A stretch of 64,000 nt of DNA from Candidatus Poribacteria bacterium (lineage in GTDB: Bacteria; Poribacteria; WGA-4E; WGA-3G), in assembly GCA_963663765.2 (NCBI GenBank), contig CAXXUA010000004.1, forward strand, positions 320,001 to 384,000, written 5' to 3'. Both the position numbers and the translations under genes were made by a program. How positions within the stretch are numbered: the stretch's first letter is position 1; each line of letters begins with the position of its first letter. Below the pieces are notes generated by a model that saw nothing but the letters and a program-made list of their open reading frames with translations, ran no database searches and was not told where the DNA came from. This document shows, piece by piece, positions 52,580 to 63,114 of this stretch.

Positions 52580-54000
52580 TGACATACTCCCCAAGCTAAA
52601 GCATGGGGGTTCTTAGTTCTTATATTGGAAACGGTTTGAGTTGTTTCCAAACGACTTTTCCTGCTTCCGTGTCTCGTGCCCTTTCCTGAACAGCGTTGGG
52701 TCTTATTTGCACTCCACAGGCGTGACTTTCGGTGTGTCCCACCGTAGTTGGTTTCAAGTTTATGGCAGCGTTGACATCTCTATCTATAGACATATCACAT
52801 TGACTGCAGTGATACATTCTTTCTGAAAGTGTTAGGTCTTTCTTTTTGTGTCCACAACCGGAACAGGTTTTACTACTTGCAAAGAACTGATCTGCTTCTT
52901 TGACAGGTATACCGTGCACTTCTGCTTTTGTCTTGAGTTTTAGCAGGAAACTGCCTAATGCTGTATCTGACAATGCTTTTGCGAGGTTTCTGTTCTTCAG
53001 CATATTAGTAACCTTGAGTGTCTCAATACCGATCACAGATGCGAGGTTGACAATCTCTGTAGTTGCTTTATGATGTGCATCGTTTCGGATACAAGCGATA
53101 CGATAGTAGATACGTTCTAACTTGTGTTTTTGTTTGAACCAGTTGTTAGACTTGAAAACTTTTCTACTTAATCTACGTTGTTCTCTTGCTAACTTCTTTT
53201 CATATCGTTTCAGGGGTCTTGGATTATCATATTTCGTGCCATCACTCAATGTGGCAAGTGTGTTTATGCCTACATCTATACCAATCACAGGGTGCGTTGA
53301 GTTATCAACTGCTTCGGTGTCCTCTGTTTCTATGGTGATAGATACAAACCAACGATGTGCTGTCCTTGAGATCGTCACTTTCATAATCTTACCCACAAAA
53401 CGCAATGATTCAAACATGCTAATCCAACCAATCTTAGGAAGTTTGATACGCTTACCTTCAACTTCTACAGATTGATTATTTGTGGTGAATGCGTCCTTTT
53501 TGCCACGCTTCTTGAACTTCGGAAATCTCGCACGCTTACCAACCCAATTCGCAAGCGCAGCAGACAAGTTACCAAATATGCTTTTATTGGCTACAACCTG
53601 ATCCATATCTTTAGTCCAAGCATGTGCTTTCTTAGCAATATTAAATCGAGTGTTTAACTTCGCAGCGGATAAGAACTCATCATTTGCCAATGCAGACTTG
53701 AAATCTGCTAATGCATGATTATATGCAAATCTCGCATAGCCACACTGTTGTGCAAACCATTTTCGTTGATTGTTATTTGGATTCAATGCAATCTTATGTG
53801 TTTTTAGCATGATGATATTCCAGTCCTATGAAGACGTCAGTTCCCTCTACTAAAGGTGTGTAGGTGTTAGTAGCACCTACACTGAACTGGTATAATGAGT
53901 ATCTCATGTTTTAAACCAAAAATCAAGTTTTTTCTTGACACAAGCACTTAGCACGACTACATCCCACTACCTAAAGGTAGGGGTTTTGTCGTGATTCTTG
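52580..54000 (-). mobile_element. IS200/IS605-family (IS1341-type, TnpB-only) element; ends approximate
   Basis: Subterminal hairpins CCCCTACCTTTAGGTAGTGGG and CCCCCATGCTTTAGCTTGGGGAGTATGTCA on the minus strand. No tnpA. Confidence 0.8.
52620..53810 (-). CDS. tnpB: RNA-guided endonuclease TnpB
   Basis: HTH N-terminus, RuvC GIDVG / IETL / DRDVNAAIN, CSGC...CSQC zinc ribbon. Confidence 0.93.
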   Translation of the reverse strand: MLKTHKIALNPNNNQRKWFAQQCGYARFAYNHALADFKSALANDEFLSAAKLNTRFNIAKKAHAWTKDMDQVVANKSIFGNLSAALANWVGKRARFPKFKKRGKKDAFTTNNQSVEVEGKRIKLPKIGWISMFESLRFVGKIMKVTISRTAHRWFVSITIETEDTEAVDNSTHPVIGIDVGINTLATLSDGTKYDNPRPLKRYEKKLAREQRRLSRKVFKSNNWFKQKHKLERIYYRIACIRNDAHHKATTEIVNLASVIGIETLKVTNMLKNRNLAKALSDTALGSFLLKLKTKAEVHGIPVKEADQFFASSKTCSGCGHKKKDLTLSERMYHCSQCDMSIDRDVNAAINLKPTTVGHTESHACGVQIRPNAVQERARDTEAGKVVWKQLKPFPI

Positions 54001-54011
54001 ATAAGATTATC

Positions 54012-55148
54012 TCAAAAATCTGTTTGTGATTCCTCAATTGCTATTCCAACTTCTTCATCATTCTCATCGTCAGGTATAGCCCCTATTGTCGCACCTGTAA
54101 GCAAAATGGTACCTAGGTTTTCACGGATTTTTCTATCAAGTTCTGCTGAAATTTCTGGATGCTGTTCCAAATATACTTTTACATTATTACGACCTTGACC
54201 AATACGCTCATTATTATAGGAGAACCATGACCCCCGTTTATCTATAAGTCCCGCATCAACTGCAATGTCCAATAATGTTCCCTCTTTAGATATCCCCTTA
54301 CCAAATGTAACATCAAATTCCGCTTCTGTAAAGGGTGGCGCAACCTTATTCTTGACAACCTTAATACGCACGCGATTTCCAGTCACATCTGTCCCTTCCT
54401 TTATCTGCGTTGGCTTACGGAGTTCCAACCGGATAGAAGCATGAAACTTCAACGCAAGTCCACCAGGAGTGGTATCCGGATTACCAAACATCACACCTAT
54501 CTTCTGACGTATTTGGTTCGTGAAAATAACACACGTATTGGATTTGTTGGTTACTCCCGATAGTTTTCTTAGCGCCTTAGACATCAAACGCGGAAGCAAC
54601 CCAACATGAGCATCACCCATTTCTCCTTCTACCTCAGCCTGGGGTGTTAACGCAGCAACAGAATCAATAACAACAACATCAATCGCACCACTACGTATAA
54701 GCATTTCCACAATCTCTAACGCTTGTTCGCCAGCATCGGGTTGCGAAATCAGAAGGTTTTCAAGATTAACGCCAATATTGCGCGCATAAGTTGTATCTAA
54801 CGCATGCTCCACATCTATGAAAGCTGCCATACCCCCCATTTTCTGCGCTTCAGCAACAATGTGGAGTGCTAATGTCGTTTTACCTGTGCCTTCATGTCCA
54901 TATATTTCAATTATCCTACCCCTTGGCACGCCTCCAACCCCTAAAGCCAAATCAAGTGACAATGCGCCTGTCGGTATTGCTTCTACAGGTACCACTTCAT
55001 TATCGGTTAAACGCATTATCGCGCCTTTCCCATAAGCACGTTCTACTTGAGATATGGCTTGGTCTACCGCTTTCTTTTTCTCTTCAGAAACTGCAATAAC
55101 TTCCGGAACTTTCACTTTTTCAACACTTTTTTGTTCGTCTTTTGCCAT
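54012..55148 (-). CDS. recA: Recombinase A
   Basis: [30 protein letters not shown]. Confidence 0.97.
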   Translation of the reverse strand: MAKDEQKSVEKVKVPEVIAVSEEKKKAVDQAISQVERAYGKGAIMRLTDNEVVPVEAIPTGALSLDLALGVGGVPRGRIIEIYGHEGTGKTTLALHIVAEAQKMGGMAAFIDVEHALDTTYARNIGVNLENLLISQPDAGEQALEIVEMLIRSGAIDVVVIDSVAALTPQAEVEGEMGDAHVGLLPRLMSKALRKLSGVTNKSNTCVIFTNQIRQKIGVMFGNPDTTPGGLALKFHASIRLELRKPTQIKEGTDVTGNRVRIKVVKNKVAPPFTEAEFDVTFGKGISKEGTLLDIAVDAGLIDKRGSWFSYNNERIGQGRNNVKVYLEQHPEISAELDRKIRENLGTILLTGATIGAIPDDENDEEVGIAIEESQTDF

Positions 55149-55732
55149 TATTGACTTTCTCCCTGTCCCAATTTATAATGTTGTAATGGTGTATACACTG
55201 CACCACTATGTTGTAAATCACTTTTAATTAATGCAATTAGTTTAACTGATAAACCAGTACCATCTACTTTCTCAAATTGCTTGAAGATTTCTATTTTAGA
55301 TTCCAAATTGACTTGTCGTCTTAGTCGCGCAAGTGTTAGATGCGGATGATAACGAGACTCTTGAGTGATACCGACTTTGACAAGATCACGATTAATCAAA
55401 TTTGCTAACTTTCTAACATTCCCATCACCATGTTTCAAACCTATCCATACAACACGTGGACGAGACATATTCGGAAATGTACCAATACCCCCAATTTCAA
55501 TCGAAAAAGGTTTATACGACAACAGTGTTTGTTGAAGTATCGCATCTATCCTTTCTATTTTCTTGCTTTCTACTTCTCCAATAAACTTCAAAGTCAGGTG
55601 AAAGTTATCAAAACGTGTCCATGACGCATTTTCAATTTCTTCTCGTAACACACTCTGTATTTCAGTTAATACTTGCTGAATGCTATCAGGTAACTCAATT
55701 GCAACAAAACATCGAATGGATTTTGTATCCAC
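55148..55732 (-). CDS. thpR: RNA 2',3'-cyclic phosphodiesterase (2H family)
   Basis: Two HLTL motifs. Canonical position upstream of recA. Confidence 0.92.
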   Translation of the reverse strand: MDTKSIRCFVAIELPDSIQQVLTEIQSVLREEIENASWTRFDNFHLTLKFIGEVESKKIERIDAILQQTLLSYKPFSIEIGGIGTFPNMSRPRVVWIGLKHGDGNVRKLANLINRDLVKVGITQESRYHPHLTLARLRRQVNLESKIEIFKQFEKVDGTGLSVKLIALIKSDLQHSGAVYTPLQHYKLGQGESQ

Positions 55733-55769
55733 AAATACTACCTCATAACAAAAATACTATCTATCACGT

Positions 55770-56357
55770 CTATACAGAGAATGCCTTTCTATTGCCATAC
55801 AAAATTTCTAAACCAGAAACTACTGTCAATATTAACGGTAAATACATCAGAAAGTATATCGGACCATGTTGTTGCACAACATAATCTGATTCATTTAGAA
55901 AAATCAACAAAACCAAACCTACAAAAATTACAATTAGCTGAGTTAAGGTCTTGTATTTACCCCACCGATTCGCTGATATTACCTCACCATTCTTTGCTAC
56001 ACATACTAAACGAAAGCATGTAATTAATACCTCACGACCAAGAATTACTATGACCATCCACAATGGTATTAAACCGACACCATCATCTAATTTATCGTGT
56101 TGAAAAAGGTATAGACATATTAAAGCAGCTCCAACCAAAACTTTGTCTACTAATGAATCCATAAAGCTGCCAAACTGTGTTATACCCTGTTTACGGGCAA
56201 TCCTCCCATCAAGATGGTCTGTTAATGCAGCTACACCGAAACACACCGATGCAAATGCCATCAAATTAAAATGAAAACAGAGGATGAACGGCAAAGTTAA
56301 CAATAAACGCGAAAACGTTAGCAGATTTGCCAAACGAAAATACCTATCAAACTTCAT
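55770..56357 (-). CDS. pgsA: CDP-alcohol phosphatidyltransferase (PgsA-like)
   Basis: DHLDGRIARKQGITQFGSFMDSLVDK. Confidence 0.85.
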   Translation of the reverse strand: MKFDRYFRLANLLTFSRLLLTLPFILCFHFNLMAFASVCFGVAALTDHLDGRIARKQGITQFGSFMDSLVDKVLVGAALICLYLFQHDKLDDGVGLIPLWMVIVILGREVLITCFRLVCVAKNGEVISANRWGKYKTLTQLIVIFVGLVLLIFLNESDYVVQQHGPIYFLMYLPLILTVVSGLEILYGNRKAFSV

Positions 56358-56361
56358 ATAT

Positions 56362-57078
56362 CTAATTAGGGGTTAAATCTATTACCTCAGCACCTTTAGG
56401 ATAGACAAGCTTAAATGTGTCTGCAGGCAACTTCTTGTCTCGTTTTATATTAGATAACGCCACAATAACGCTACGGCGAGTACCATCCTCAAATACTGTC
56501 ACATAACCAAACTGCACAGGAAACCATTCACCTTCCTTCACCCATATTTCAAGCAACTCTTTCACCTCTTCTGTCTGTTCAGGCTGCTTTAATCCTTTAT
56601 TAATCAACTTTGGTTTAGGGGTTAACTGCATCTGATAGACACCCTTTGCATTCGCGGCTTCATCCGGCACTAATTTCATATCCCAGTTCTTTGATAGATC
56701 CTCAAGCGTAGCACCTGTACCAGGCAATATTTCACGCCTATCTGGATTCTGCAATTTCTGTTTGTTCACTTCATTCAGCAGGGGTACATAAGACCAAGCA
56801 AATTTACCATCTAAAACGATAGTTTTTATAATTTTTTCGGGATCTTTCGGAGATACATATTCCATGTGAAGCAAGTTCGGAACGCCAAATGTAAATCTAC
56901 CAAAACTTACGCTTTTTCTCGTTTTATATAAGGTCGTCTCTTCAAAATCCGCACTGAAATTCTTACACTTCGCATATTCAGTCTTAAATTTATTGAAGAC
57001 TTCTTCTACCGTAATGGTATAGCCATTACTGAGAAAACACAAGAACAGTAAGATTATACTAAAATAATAGCGTTTCAC
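56362..57078 (-). CDS. LolA-like outer-membrane lipoprotein carrier
   Basis: Signal peptide, FSADFEE, DGKFAWSYVP, PKGAEVID. Confidence 0.75.
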   Translation of the reverse strand: MKRYYFSIILLFLCFLSNGYTITVEEVFNKFKTEYAKCKNFSADFEETTLYKTRKSVSFGRFTFGVPNLLHMEYVSPKDPEKIIKTIVLDGKFAWSYVPLLNEVNKQKLQNPDRREILPGTGATLEDLSKNWDMKLVPDEAANAKGVYQMQLTPKPKLINKGLKQPEQTEEVKELLEIWVKEGEWFPVQFGYVTVFEDGTRRSVIVALSNIKRDKKLPADTFKLVYPKGAEVIDLTPN

Positions 57079-57149
57079 GGCATATCTCCTTATTGTGTAT
57101 TTTAGTTAGGTGGATAATTAAAACGTCTAATAGTGTAGCATAATCAGGT

Positions 57150-57605
57150 TTATATGTCAATGTTATTTTTTGTTTCTTTCTTGATAACTTCTACTATATC
57201 CACATCCAATGTATTGAGTCTTGTCCAATCAGTTAACTCAACCTCAATACCTTCGTGTTCGTCTATTGCGTATAATACCAAACGTTCTAAAGTCTCAGTA
57301 ACTTGTGCTTCACGAAATAACGATTGGAACCAAATACCGAATGCCTTGAGCGCATCTGATGAATCTGAGAATACCCAGAATACTATCCGAAAAAAATCTA
57401 GTCCCTCATCTACAGACTGTTGTGCTATCCATACATCGTTTGGAAAGTTATGAAATAGTTTAAAAAGGTCAGCAATAGTATTCAGAATATCATGATTGAG
57501 ATAAGTTATTTCGGGGTGAATATCAAAATGAATTGCATACTTGTGTGCATTTGAAATACTAATATTAATCTTACCTTGTAGTTCACCCTCTGTCTTATTT
57601 AGCAT
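57150..57605 (-). CDS. Hypothetical protein
   Basis: 151-aa ORF co-oriented with the downstream operon. Confidence 0.6.
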   Translation of the reverse strand: MLNKTEGELQGKINISISNAHKYAIHFDIHPEITYLNHDILNTIADLFKLFHNFPNDVWIAQQSVDEGLDFFRIVFWVFSDSSDALKAFGIWFQSLFREAQVTETLERLVLYAIDEHEGIEVELTDWTRLNTLDVDIVEVIKKETKNNIDI

Positions 57606-57697
57606 TGATATTACCCTATACGAAAGTTACTCATTAACATTATTGCAGATTATACCATATCTTATTCATTATTGAAAATTACAAAATATGTGAATGT

Positions 57698-57945
57698 CAA
57701 TACCTTCGCCATTTTTGAGTGCTTCAGTTGAATGAGTATATAGTGTTGATCTACCATTGCTCTGTGATATTGTTAGGATTACATAAATAAAAATAACTTC
57801 AGGTTTTCGTTGAAGTATTTTTATTTATCATAGCGTCTAATTTGACGATAGAATCTGACAGAATAATTTATATGCACAATCTGGAAGAATGTGCTACAAC
57901 TACACGCACAATCTGACAGAATGTCTATTATTGGCGAAGGTATTG
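57698..57945. mobile_element. MITE family C, 248 bp
   Basis: TIR CAATACCTTCGCCA, TSD TGAATGT. Confidence 0.9.
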
Positions 57946-58029
57946 TGAATGTATAAAGTTATTCTTAATTGTATCTTACCTTTTAGTCTAAATCACAGAT
58001 TACACAAATAGCCATTAGTAGCAAGGTGT

Positions 58030-58093
58030 CTCTTGTGGGAGGGGTTTCTCTTGTGGGAGGGGTTTCTCTTGTGGGAGGGGTTTCCAACCCCGA
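58030..58093. repeat. Three 18-bp tandem REP-arm repeats
   Basis: CTCTTGTGGGAGGGGTTT x3, then CCAACCCCGA. Confidence 0.8.
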
Positions 58094-58170
58094 TTTCTGA
58101 ATCATGTACGACGCGAAATTCACACATCAAAAACCCTTGATGATGTAAATCCTGATAATCTGTAAATCCC

Positions 58171-58240
58171 GGGGAATACCATAAGGCATTCATACCCGGG
58201 GAATGCTTTATAGCATTCATACCGTTGATTTCTTGATTTG
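58171..58240. repeat. Two nested copies of the 35-36 bp micro-element
   Basis: GGGGAATACCATAAGGCATTCATACCC[GGGGAATGCTTTATAGCATTCATACCGTTGATTTC]TTGATTTG. Confidence 0.7.
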
Positions 58241-58421
58241 TAAATCCTTGTTCAGACAAAAAAATACACAAAAACCAAGCAAAAAACCTAATGCAGAAAT
58301 CTTATCCTGAAAATCTGGAAATCCTGGTTACGACAAAAAAACTGCGTAATCCGCGATTCCGTATACAATCACCGCGATACACAAAGAATTGACTTTACAC
58401 AAATAATCTGATATACTTGAA

Positions 58422-58580
58422 CAGGACTTACGCAGTTTTCTTGATTTAATCAAAAATTATGATGAAAATGATGCCATTATCAGCGTTTTTATGGGTTTCC
58501 GGCGCGCTTACAAAGCACCAAATCAACGGTATGAATGCCATTTAGGCATTCCCCGCCTACCGTTGTGTGCGTAAGTCTTG
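58422..58580. mobile_element. MITE family B whose REP is interrupted by a 36-bp micro-element (58519..58554)
   Basis: TIR CAGGACTTACGCA/TGCGTAAGTCTTG, TSD TTGAA. Confidence 0.85.
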
Positions 58581-58660
58581 TTGAATAAGAATACCATATA
58601 ATAAATCAGCACCAAAATCTGCTACAGCATGTTTAAAATTAACAAATTGGAAAGAAATTA

Positions 58661-59560
58661 ATGAATAATGAACGCTACCACAACTACATCCAAACTGAAT
58701 TACCATCAGCTTTCATAGAAAGACTTGAAAAAAAGCAGATAAGTCAGATAGCACTTTCACAGGACGGATCAAAACTCGCAGCGGGTGGAGAAAAACGCAT
58801 CTGGATTTACGATTTAGCAGATACAAAACAGTCCACATTACTGTCAGGACACGTTGACCGAATACGCGCATTAGCTTTTTCATCTGACAACCGTACCCTT
58901 GCAAGTGCAAGTGAGGATAGAACTCTCCGTTTATGGGATATCAAAACATCAAACGAAATCACAACCCTTGCAGGTGAATCTTCAAATATAGTCAATGCTT
59001 TGTCATCTTCACCAGATGGCGTTCCATTGACAGCATGGAATGACGAAACAATCCGTATGCTTGGAAGTACAGATGCGGAACCCAGTAAAATAAGGGCATT
59101 CGCATTCTCTTCCGATGGAAAAACACTTGTCAGCGGCGGTGTCGACGGTAAAATTCGACTGTGGAACATTGATTCTGGTAGACAACTCATTGCAATTGCT
59201 GCTCATGACGGTTTAGTCATGGGATTAGCTTTCTCACCTGACGGTAAACTACTCGCAAGCAGCGGATCAGATACTACAGTCAGGCTATGGGAGCTGGAAA
59301 CCGAACACCTACTTTCTACATTCACAGCACATTCGGATTCTGTCAATGCACTAGCATTTTCAAAGGATGGGAAAATTCTCGCAAGTGCGGGAAGAGATCC
59401 TATAATTCGTTTATGGAATGTTGACGCAAGAGGACTGATTTTCACTATTGACACAAAAGTTGGTTTTGTCTGGGAATTGGCGTTCTTGGATAGCAATCAA
59501 ACCGATGAACCGCAGCTCGCTGTTATTAGCCGGAAGGGTCAGTTATTTATCAGAGGTTAA
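58661..59560 (+). CDS. WD40-repeat protein
   Basis: GH...AFS...LAS...LWD repeats. Confidence 0.9.
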   Translation: MNNERYHNYIQTELPSAFIERLEKKQISQIALSQDGSKLAAGGEKRIWIYDLADTKQSTLLSGHVDRIRALAFSSDNRTLASASEDRTLRLWDIKTSNEITTLAGESSNIVNALSSSPDGVPLTAWNDETIRMLGSTDAEPSKIRAFAFSSDGKTLVSGGVDGKIRLWNIDSGRQLIAIAAHDGLVMGLAFSPDGKLLASSGSDTTVRLWELETEHLLSTFTAHSDSVNALAFSKDGKILASAGRDPIIRLWNVDARGLIFTIDTKVGFVWELAFLDSNQTDEPQLAVISRKGQLFIRG

Positions 59561-59682
59561 AATACTTGTTCAACTGACATTAATATACGGTAAATCCATC
59601 ATTACTACAAATAACATTGACACTACCAAAATAATTTCTAAAAAATATAACATTACGCCACAAAACAAATATTGGAATCATT

Positions 59683-60096
59683 ATGGCCTCTCGTAGACAG
59701 TCGCGCATAGTCGCAATGCAAATTCTATATCAAATACATCTTACAGAAGAACCAGTACAACGAGTCATACTTCAGTTCTGGCAGAACCGAGAAATAGCTA
59801 TCACACTTAGACCTTTTACCACACAACTCGTTGAAGGCACTACTGCGAATCTAATGACAATTGATGAAAAAATACAAACTACTTCCAAGAATTGGAAAAT
59901 CCATCGCATGCCGATTGTTGACCTCTCTATCATACGACTTGCTACCTATGAAATCCTATATATTGATGAAATTGATCCACCAACTTCTATCAATGAAGCA
60001 GTAGAAATCGCAAAGAAATATAGCACACCAAATTCACCCAAATTCATCAACGGTATTCTTGACAATATTCGAAAAAACTACCAGAATACACCTTAA
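59683..60096 (+). CDS. nusB: Transcription antitermination factor NusB
   Basis: RRQSR...QILYQ, INEAVEIAKKY, FINGILD. Confidence 0.95.
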   Translation: MASRRQSRIVAMQILYQIHLTEEPVQRVILQFWQNREIAITLRPFTTQLVEGTTANLMTIDEKIQTTSKNWKIHRMPIVDLSIIRLATYEILYIDEIDPPTSINEAVEIAKKYSTPNSPKFINGILDNIRKNYQNTP

Positions 60097-60111
60097 TCAA
60101 CATACACAAAA

Positions 60112-61899
60112 ATGCAAAATATACAAATCTGTATCATTTCCTTACTCGTGCTACTACCGATAAAACTAAACGCAGCATCAGAGTATGAATTCAATATAGA
60201 ATTCGGTGGAAAAGGAGAAGGTAAAGCTCAATTCGCTGAAACACTCTATACTGCTTTCGGACCTGAGGGATCTGTCTACATAACCGATACAGATAACAAC
60301 AAAATCCAAAAATTCACTGAGTCAGGTATTTTCGTTTTTGAGATTAAACCTACTGAAACAATGGAGTTTCGTTTCATCAGACCCACTGCTATCGCTATCG
60401 GAGAAGACAGTTCAATATATGTGATGGATTGGATACTCAAACATATTGAGGGTACAGACAACCCGAAAATCTTTAATTACGCACCCTGCGTACACAAGTT
60501 TGACACACAAGGAAAGTTTGTCATATCCTTTACAATACAAGATTACACTAAAAGACTCTCAAACCTTGAATCAGCAGCACCCGGGCTTGATCGTGATGGT
60601 AATTACGCACTCATCATCCCACACGGGAACACAAAACGCAATTTTTTACTGACTGTCAATAAACAGAACAACTTATATATATATGACGACAAAGTTATAT
60701 ACATATTAGACGAAATGGGGAATCCTATTTCCATATTTCCTATCGTACAACCAGGAATCGGACAGGTAATCCATCCTGTAGATATGGCTGTTGACAAAAA
60801 TGAAAACCTATATATTGCGGATCAAAAAGGACATAGAATTGTCAAGTATGACTCGGCAGGAAAGTTCCAACTTGCATTCGGTGAATACGGAGATGAGGCT
60901 GGACAATTTATCGCTCCATTTCGTATATCCATACTAAAAGACAACACTTTGCTTATTGCCGATAAAGCTAAGTATATTAAGGATTTTCTTTCATCACTTC
61001 CAAAATGGATTGATGACCCAACTCAACGATTAGACGCAATAACGCGTTCCTTTCGCTATCGCATTCGCAGAATCCAACGATTTACTTCAAATGGAAAATT
61101 AACTCAAAAACTACTCGTCCCATTTCAACGAGAAATTGAAGCCGATGTTGGACTTATCCTAAAAGGGATAGACACAAAAGGTAATCTCTACTACCTCAAT
61201 CCAACAACGATGAAGTTTAGGAAATACGCCTCAAAATCTAAACTATTCTCCGCTATGTTACAAACTGAACTAAAACTCCGGTATACTCGTGATATGCACG
61301 ATATTGAAATCGACAATCAGGATGACCTTGATGCCGATTTATACACAAAATCAGATTTTGACGAACAGATCGTTCAGGACTCAGCAAATGCAAATATAAC
61401 TTTCTCTTATGATATAAACGAAAACTATCGTATCGCAATTTCTAACCGTTTCACCTATATCCGTATGACAGATACCAGTTATTACAGAGCAAGAGATTTT
61501 GAGGATTTTCGCGGCAGCTTCAATCAAGATGATAGAACAACTGAATCATCTTGGGATAACCGTGTACAACTTGATTTCACTTGGATCCAAGACCACAGCA
61601 TTTACAACTATCGCGAAGCACGCGCCTATGCGTTCTTTAGCACAATAAATGTTGATTTCATCAACGATGCACTTGATACAAGCAACTACAGGTTTTTTGA
61701 TTTCTACGCAAATCTCTCCGATTGGGGTGGTGGTATCTACTACGACCTAAACCGTAGATTTCGTTTGAACTTTGAAATCACACACTTCGTCGGGGAAAAC
61801 AGGTACACTTATGTTGATGAGACCAACGACCTATATGCTACTGGATTTCAGGAAGCAGACTCCATCCGCGCAATCTTGTTCATAAATGGCTTCTTTTAG
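60112..61899 (+). CDS. Secreted NHL-repeat protein with possible C-terminal beta-barrel
   Basis: Signal peptide, NHL repeats, alternating aromatic strands, terminal Phe. Confidence 0.75.
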   Translation: MQNIQICIISLLVLLPIKLNAASEYEFNIEFGGKGEGKAQFAETLYTAFGPEGSVYITDTDNNKIQKFTESGIFVFEIKPTETMEFRFIRPTAIAIGEDSSIYVMDWILKHIEGTDNPKIFNYAPCVHKFDTQGKFVISFTIQDYTKRLSNLESAAPGLDRDGNYALIIPHGNTKRNFLLTVNKQNNLYIYDDKVIYILDEMGNPISIFPIVQPGIGQVIHPVDMAVDKNENLYIADQKGHRIVKYDSAGKFQLAFGEYGDEAGQFIAPFRISILKDNTLLIADKAKYIKDFLSSLPKWIDDPTQRLDAITRSFRYRIRRIQRFTSNGKLTQKLLVPFQREIEADVGLILKGIDTKGNLYYLNPTTMKFRKYASKSKLFSAMLQTELKLRYTRDMHDIEIDNQDDLDADLYTKSDFDEQIVQDSANANITFSYDINENYRIAISNRFTYIRMTDTSYYRARDFEDFRGSFNQDDRTTESSWDNRVQLDFTWIQDHSIYNYREARAYAFFSTINVDFINDALDTSNYRFFDFYANLSDWGGGIYYDLNRRFRLNFEITHFVGENRYTYVDETNDLYATGFQEADSIRAILFINGFF

Positions 61900-62260
61900 G
61901 CTTGTATACAGAACATATTGTCATTCCAAATAATTTTACTCCAACACATTCGTTTTCTTTTTACAGAATCTCCATAAAACTGATTTACAAAAATTAACAT
62001 AAATTCCATCAAGAATTAATCATAATTCATTAAAATAACACAAAAAAACAAGATGTACATTGAATATTTATAAAAAAAGATTTGCAAATTGACTGAAAAT
62101 AACGTATTATTATACTTAACCTATATACAAGTGTTGATTTTTTACCAGAAACAATCCTAACAATACCAAACATTACAATTAGAATATTAGATCGAATTGC
62201 TTATGTCAGAACCTATAGTATATCATTACAGAACCTGATGTAATAATATGGAGTGGCTCT

Positions 62261-63109
62261 ATGGCAACCTTCGGCACTGGTGACTACCAATATGAAGTCG
62301 TAGAAGGATGGGGTATGATCCCACAACTTGGACTCGTCTCTGGTTTAGCCTGTGACTCCAATGACCGTGTCTATGTCTACAACCGTAGTCCACAACCTGC
62401 TATGCTCGTTTTTGAAGCAGATGGAACTTTCGTCACAGAATGGGGTAAAGACATATTAAAGAAACCACACGGTGTCTGGATTAGTCCTTCAGATGAAATC
62501 TATACAACTGACACCATTGACCACACTGTCCGGAAATTCTCACTTGATGGTGAGTTACTGCAGACTTTTGGGACTGTGAATCAACCCGGAGCAACGGGAA
62601 AACCCTTCAATGAACCAACTCGCGCAGTGCTATCAATATCCGGTGAAATGTATGTCTCAGACGGTTATGGACAATCCCGTGTTCACAGAATGACTGCGGA
62701 TGGTGAAGTGATCAGTTCGTGGGGTGCATCTGGAACAGGTCCAGGGGAATTCAACCTACCACATGATGTTACAGTAGATCATAACGATAGAGTATATATT
62801 CAAGACAGAGGTAATCGTAGGTGTCAAGTATTCAACAATAACGGGGAGTTTCTCACTGAATGGTCTGACCTACACTCACCCAACGACCTATTTATTGACT
62901 CGGATAACATTGGACATATTGCTGAAGCACGACAAGGAATTTGCATCATCACGCTTGATGGTGAAATAATCGGACGTTGGGGGGAGAAGGGAACTTTACC
63001 TGGTCATTTCAGCGATTCCCCGCACGGTATATGGATTGATTCAAATGAAGACATTTATGTTAGCGAAGTAATCGCTGAAAGACGTCTTCAAAAATTTGCA
63101 AGGATTTAA
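62261..63109 (+). CDS. NHL-repeat beta-propeller (PAL-like)
   Basis: PHG, SDGYG, GPGEFNLPH, DRGNRR repeats. Confidence 0.88.
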   Translation: MATFGTGDYQYEVVEGWGMIPQLGLVSGLACDSNDRVYVYNRSPQPAMLVFEADGTFVTEWGKDILKKPHGVWISPSDEIYTTDTIDHTVRKFSLDGELLQTFGTVNQPGATGKPFNEPTRAVLSISGEMYVSDGYGQSRVHRMTADGEVISSWGASGTGPGEFNLPHDVTVDHNDRVYIQDRGNRRCQVFNNNGEFLTEWSDLHSPNDLFIDSDNIGHIAEARQGICIITLDGEIIGRWGEKGTLPGHFSDSPHGIWIDSNEDIYVSEVIAERRLQKFARI

Positions 63110-63114
63110 TTGTT

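Noticed and set aside
57993-58271. 92-aa ORF with NPSHKR repeats
   Set aside because: It is a translation of REP-arm and micro-element repeats.
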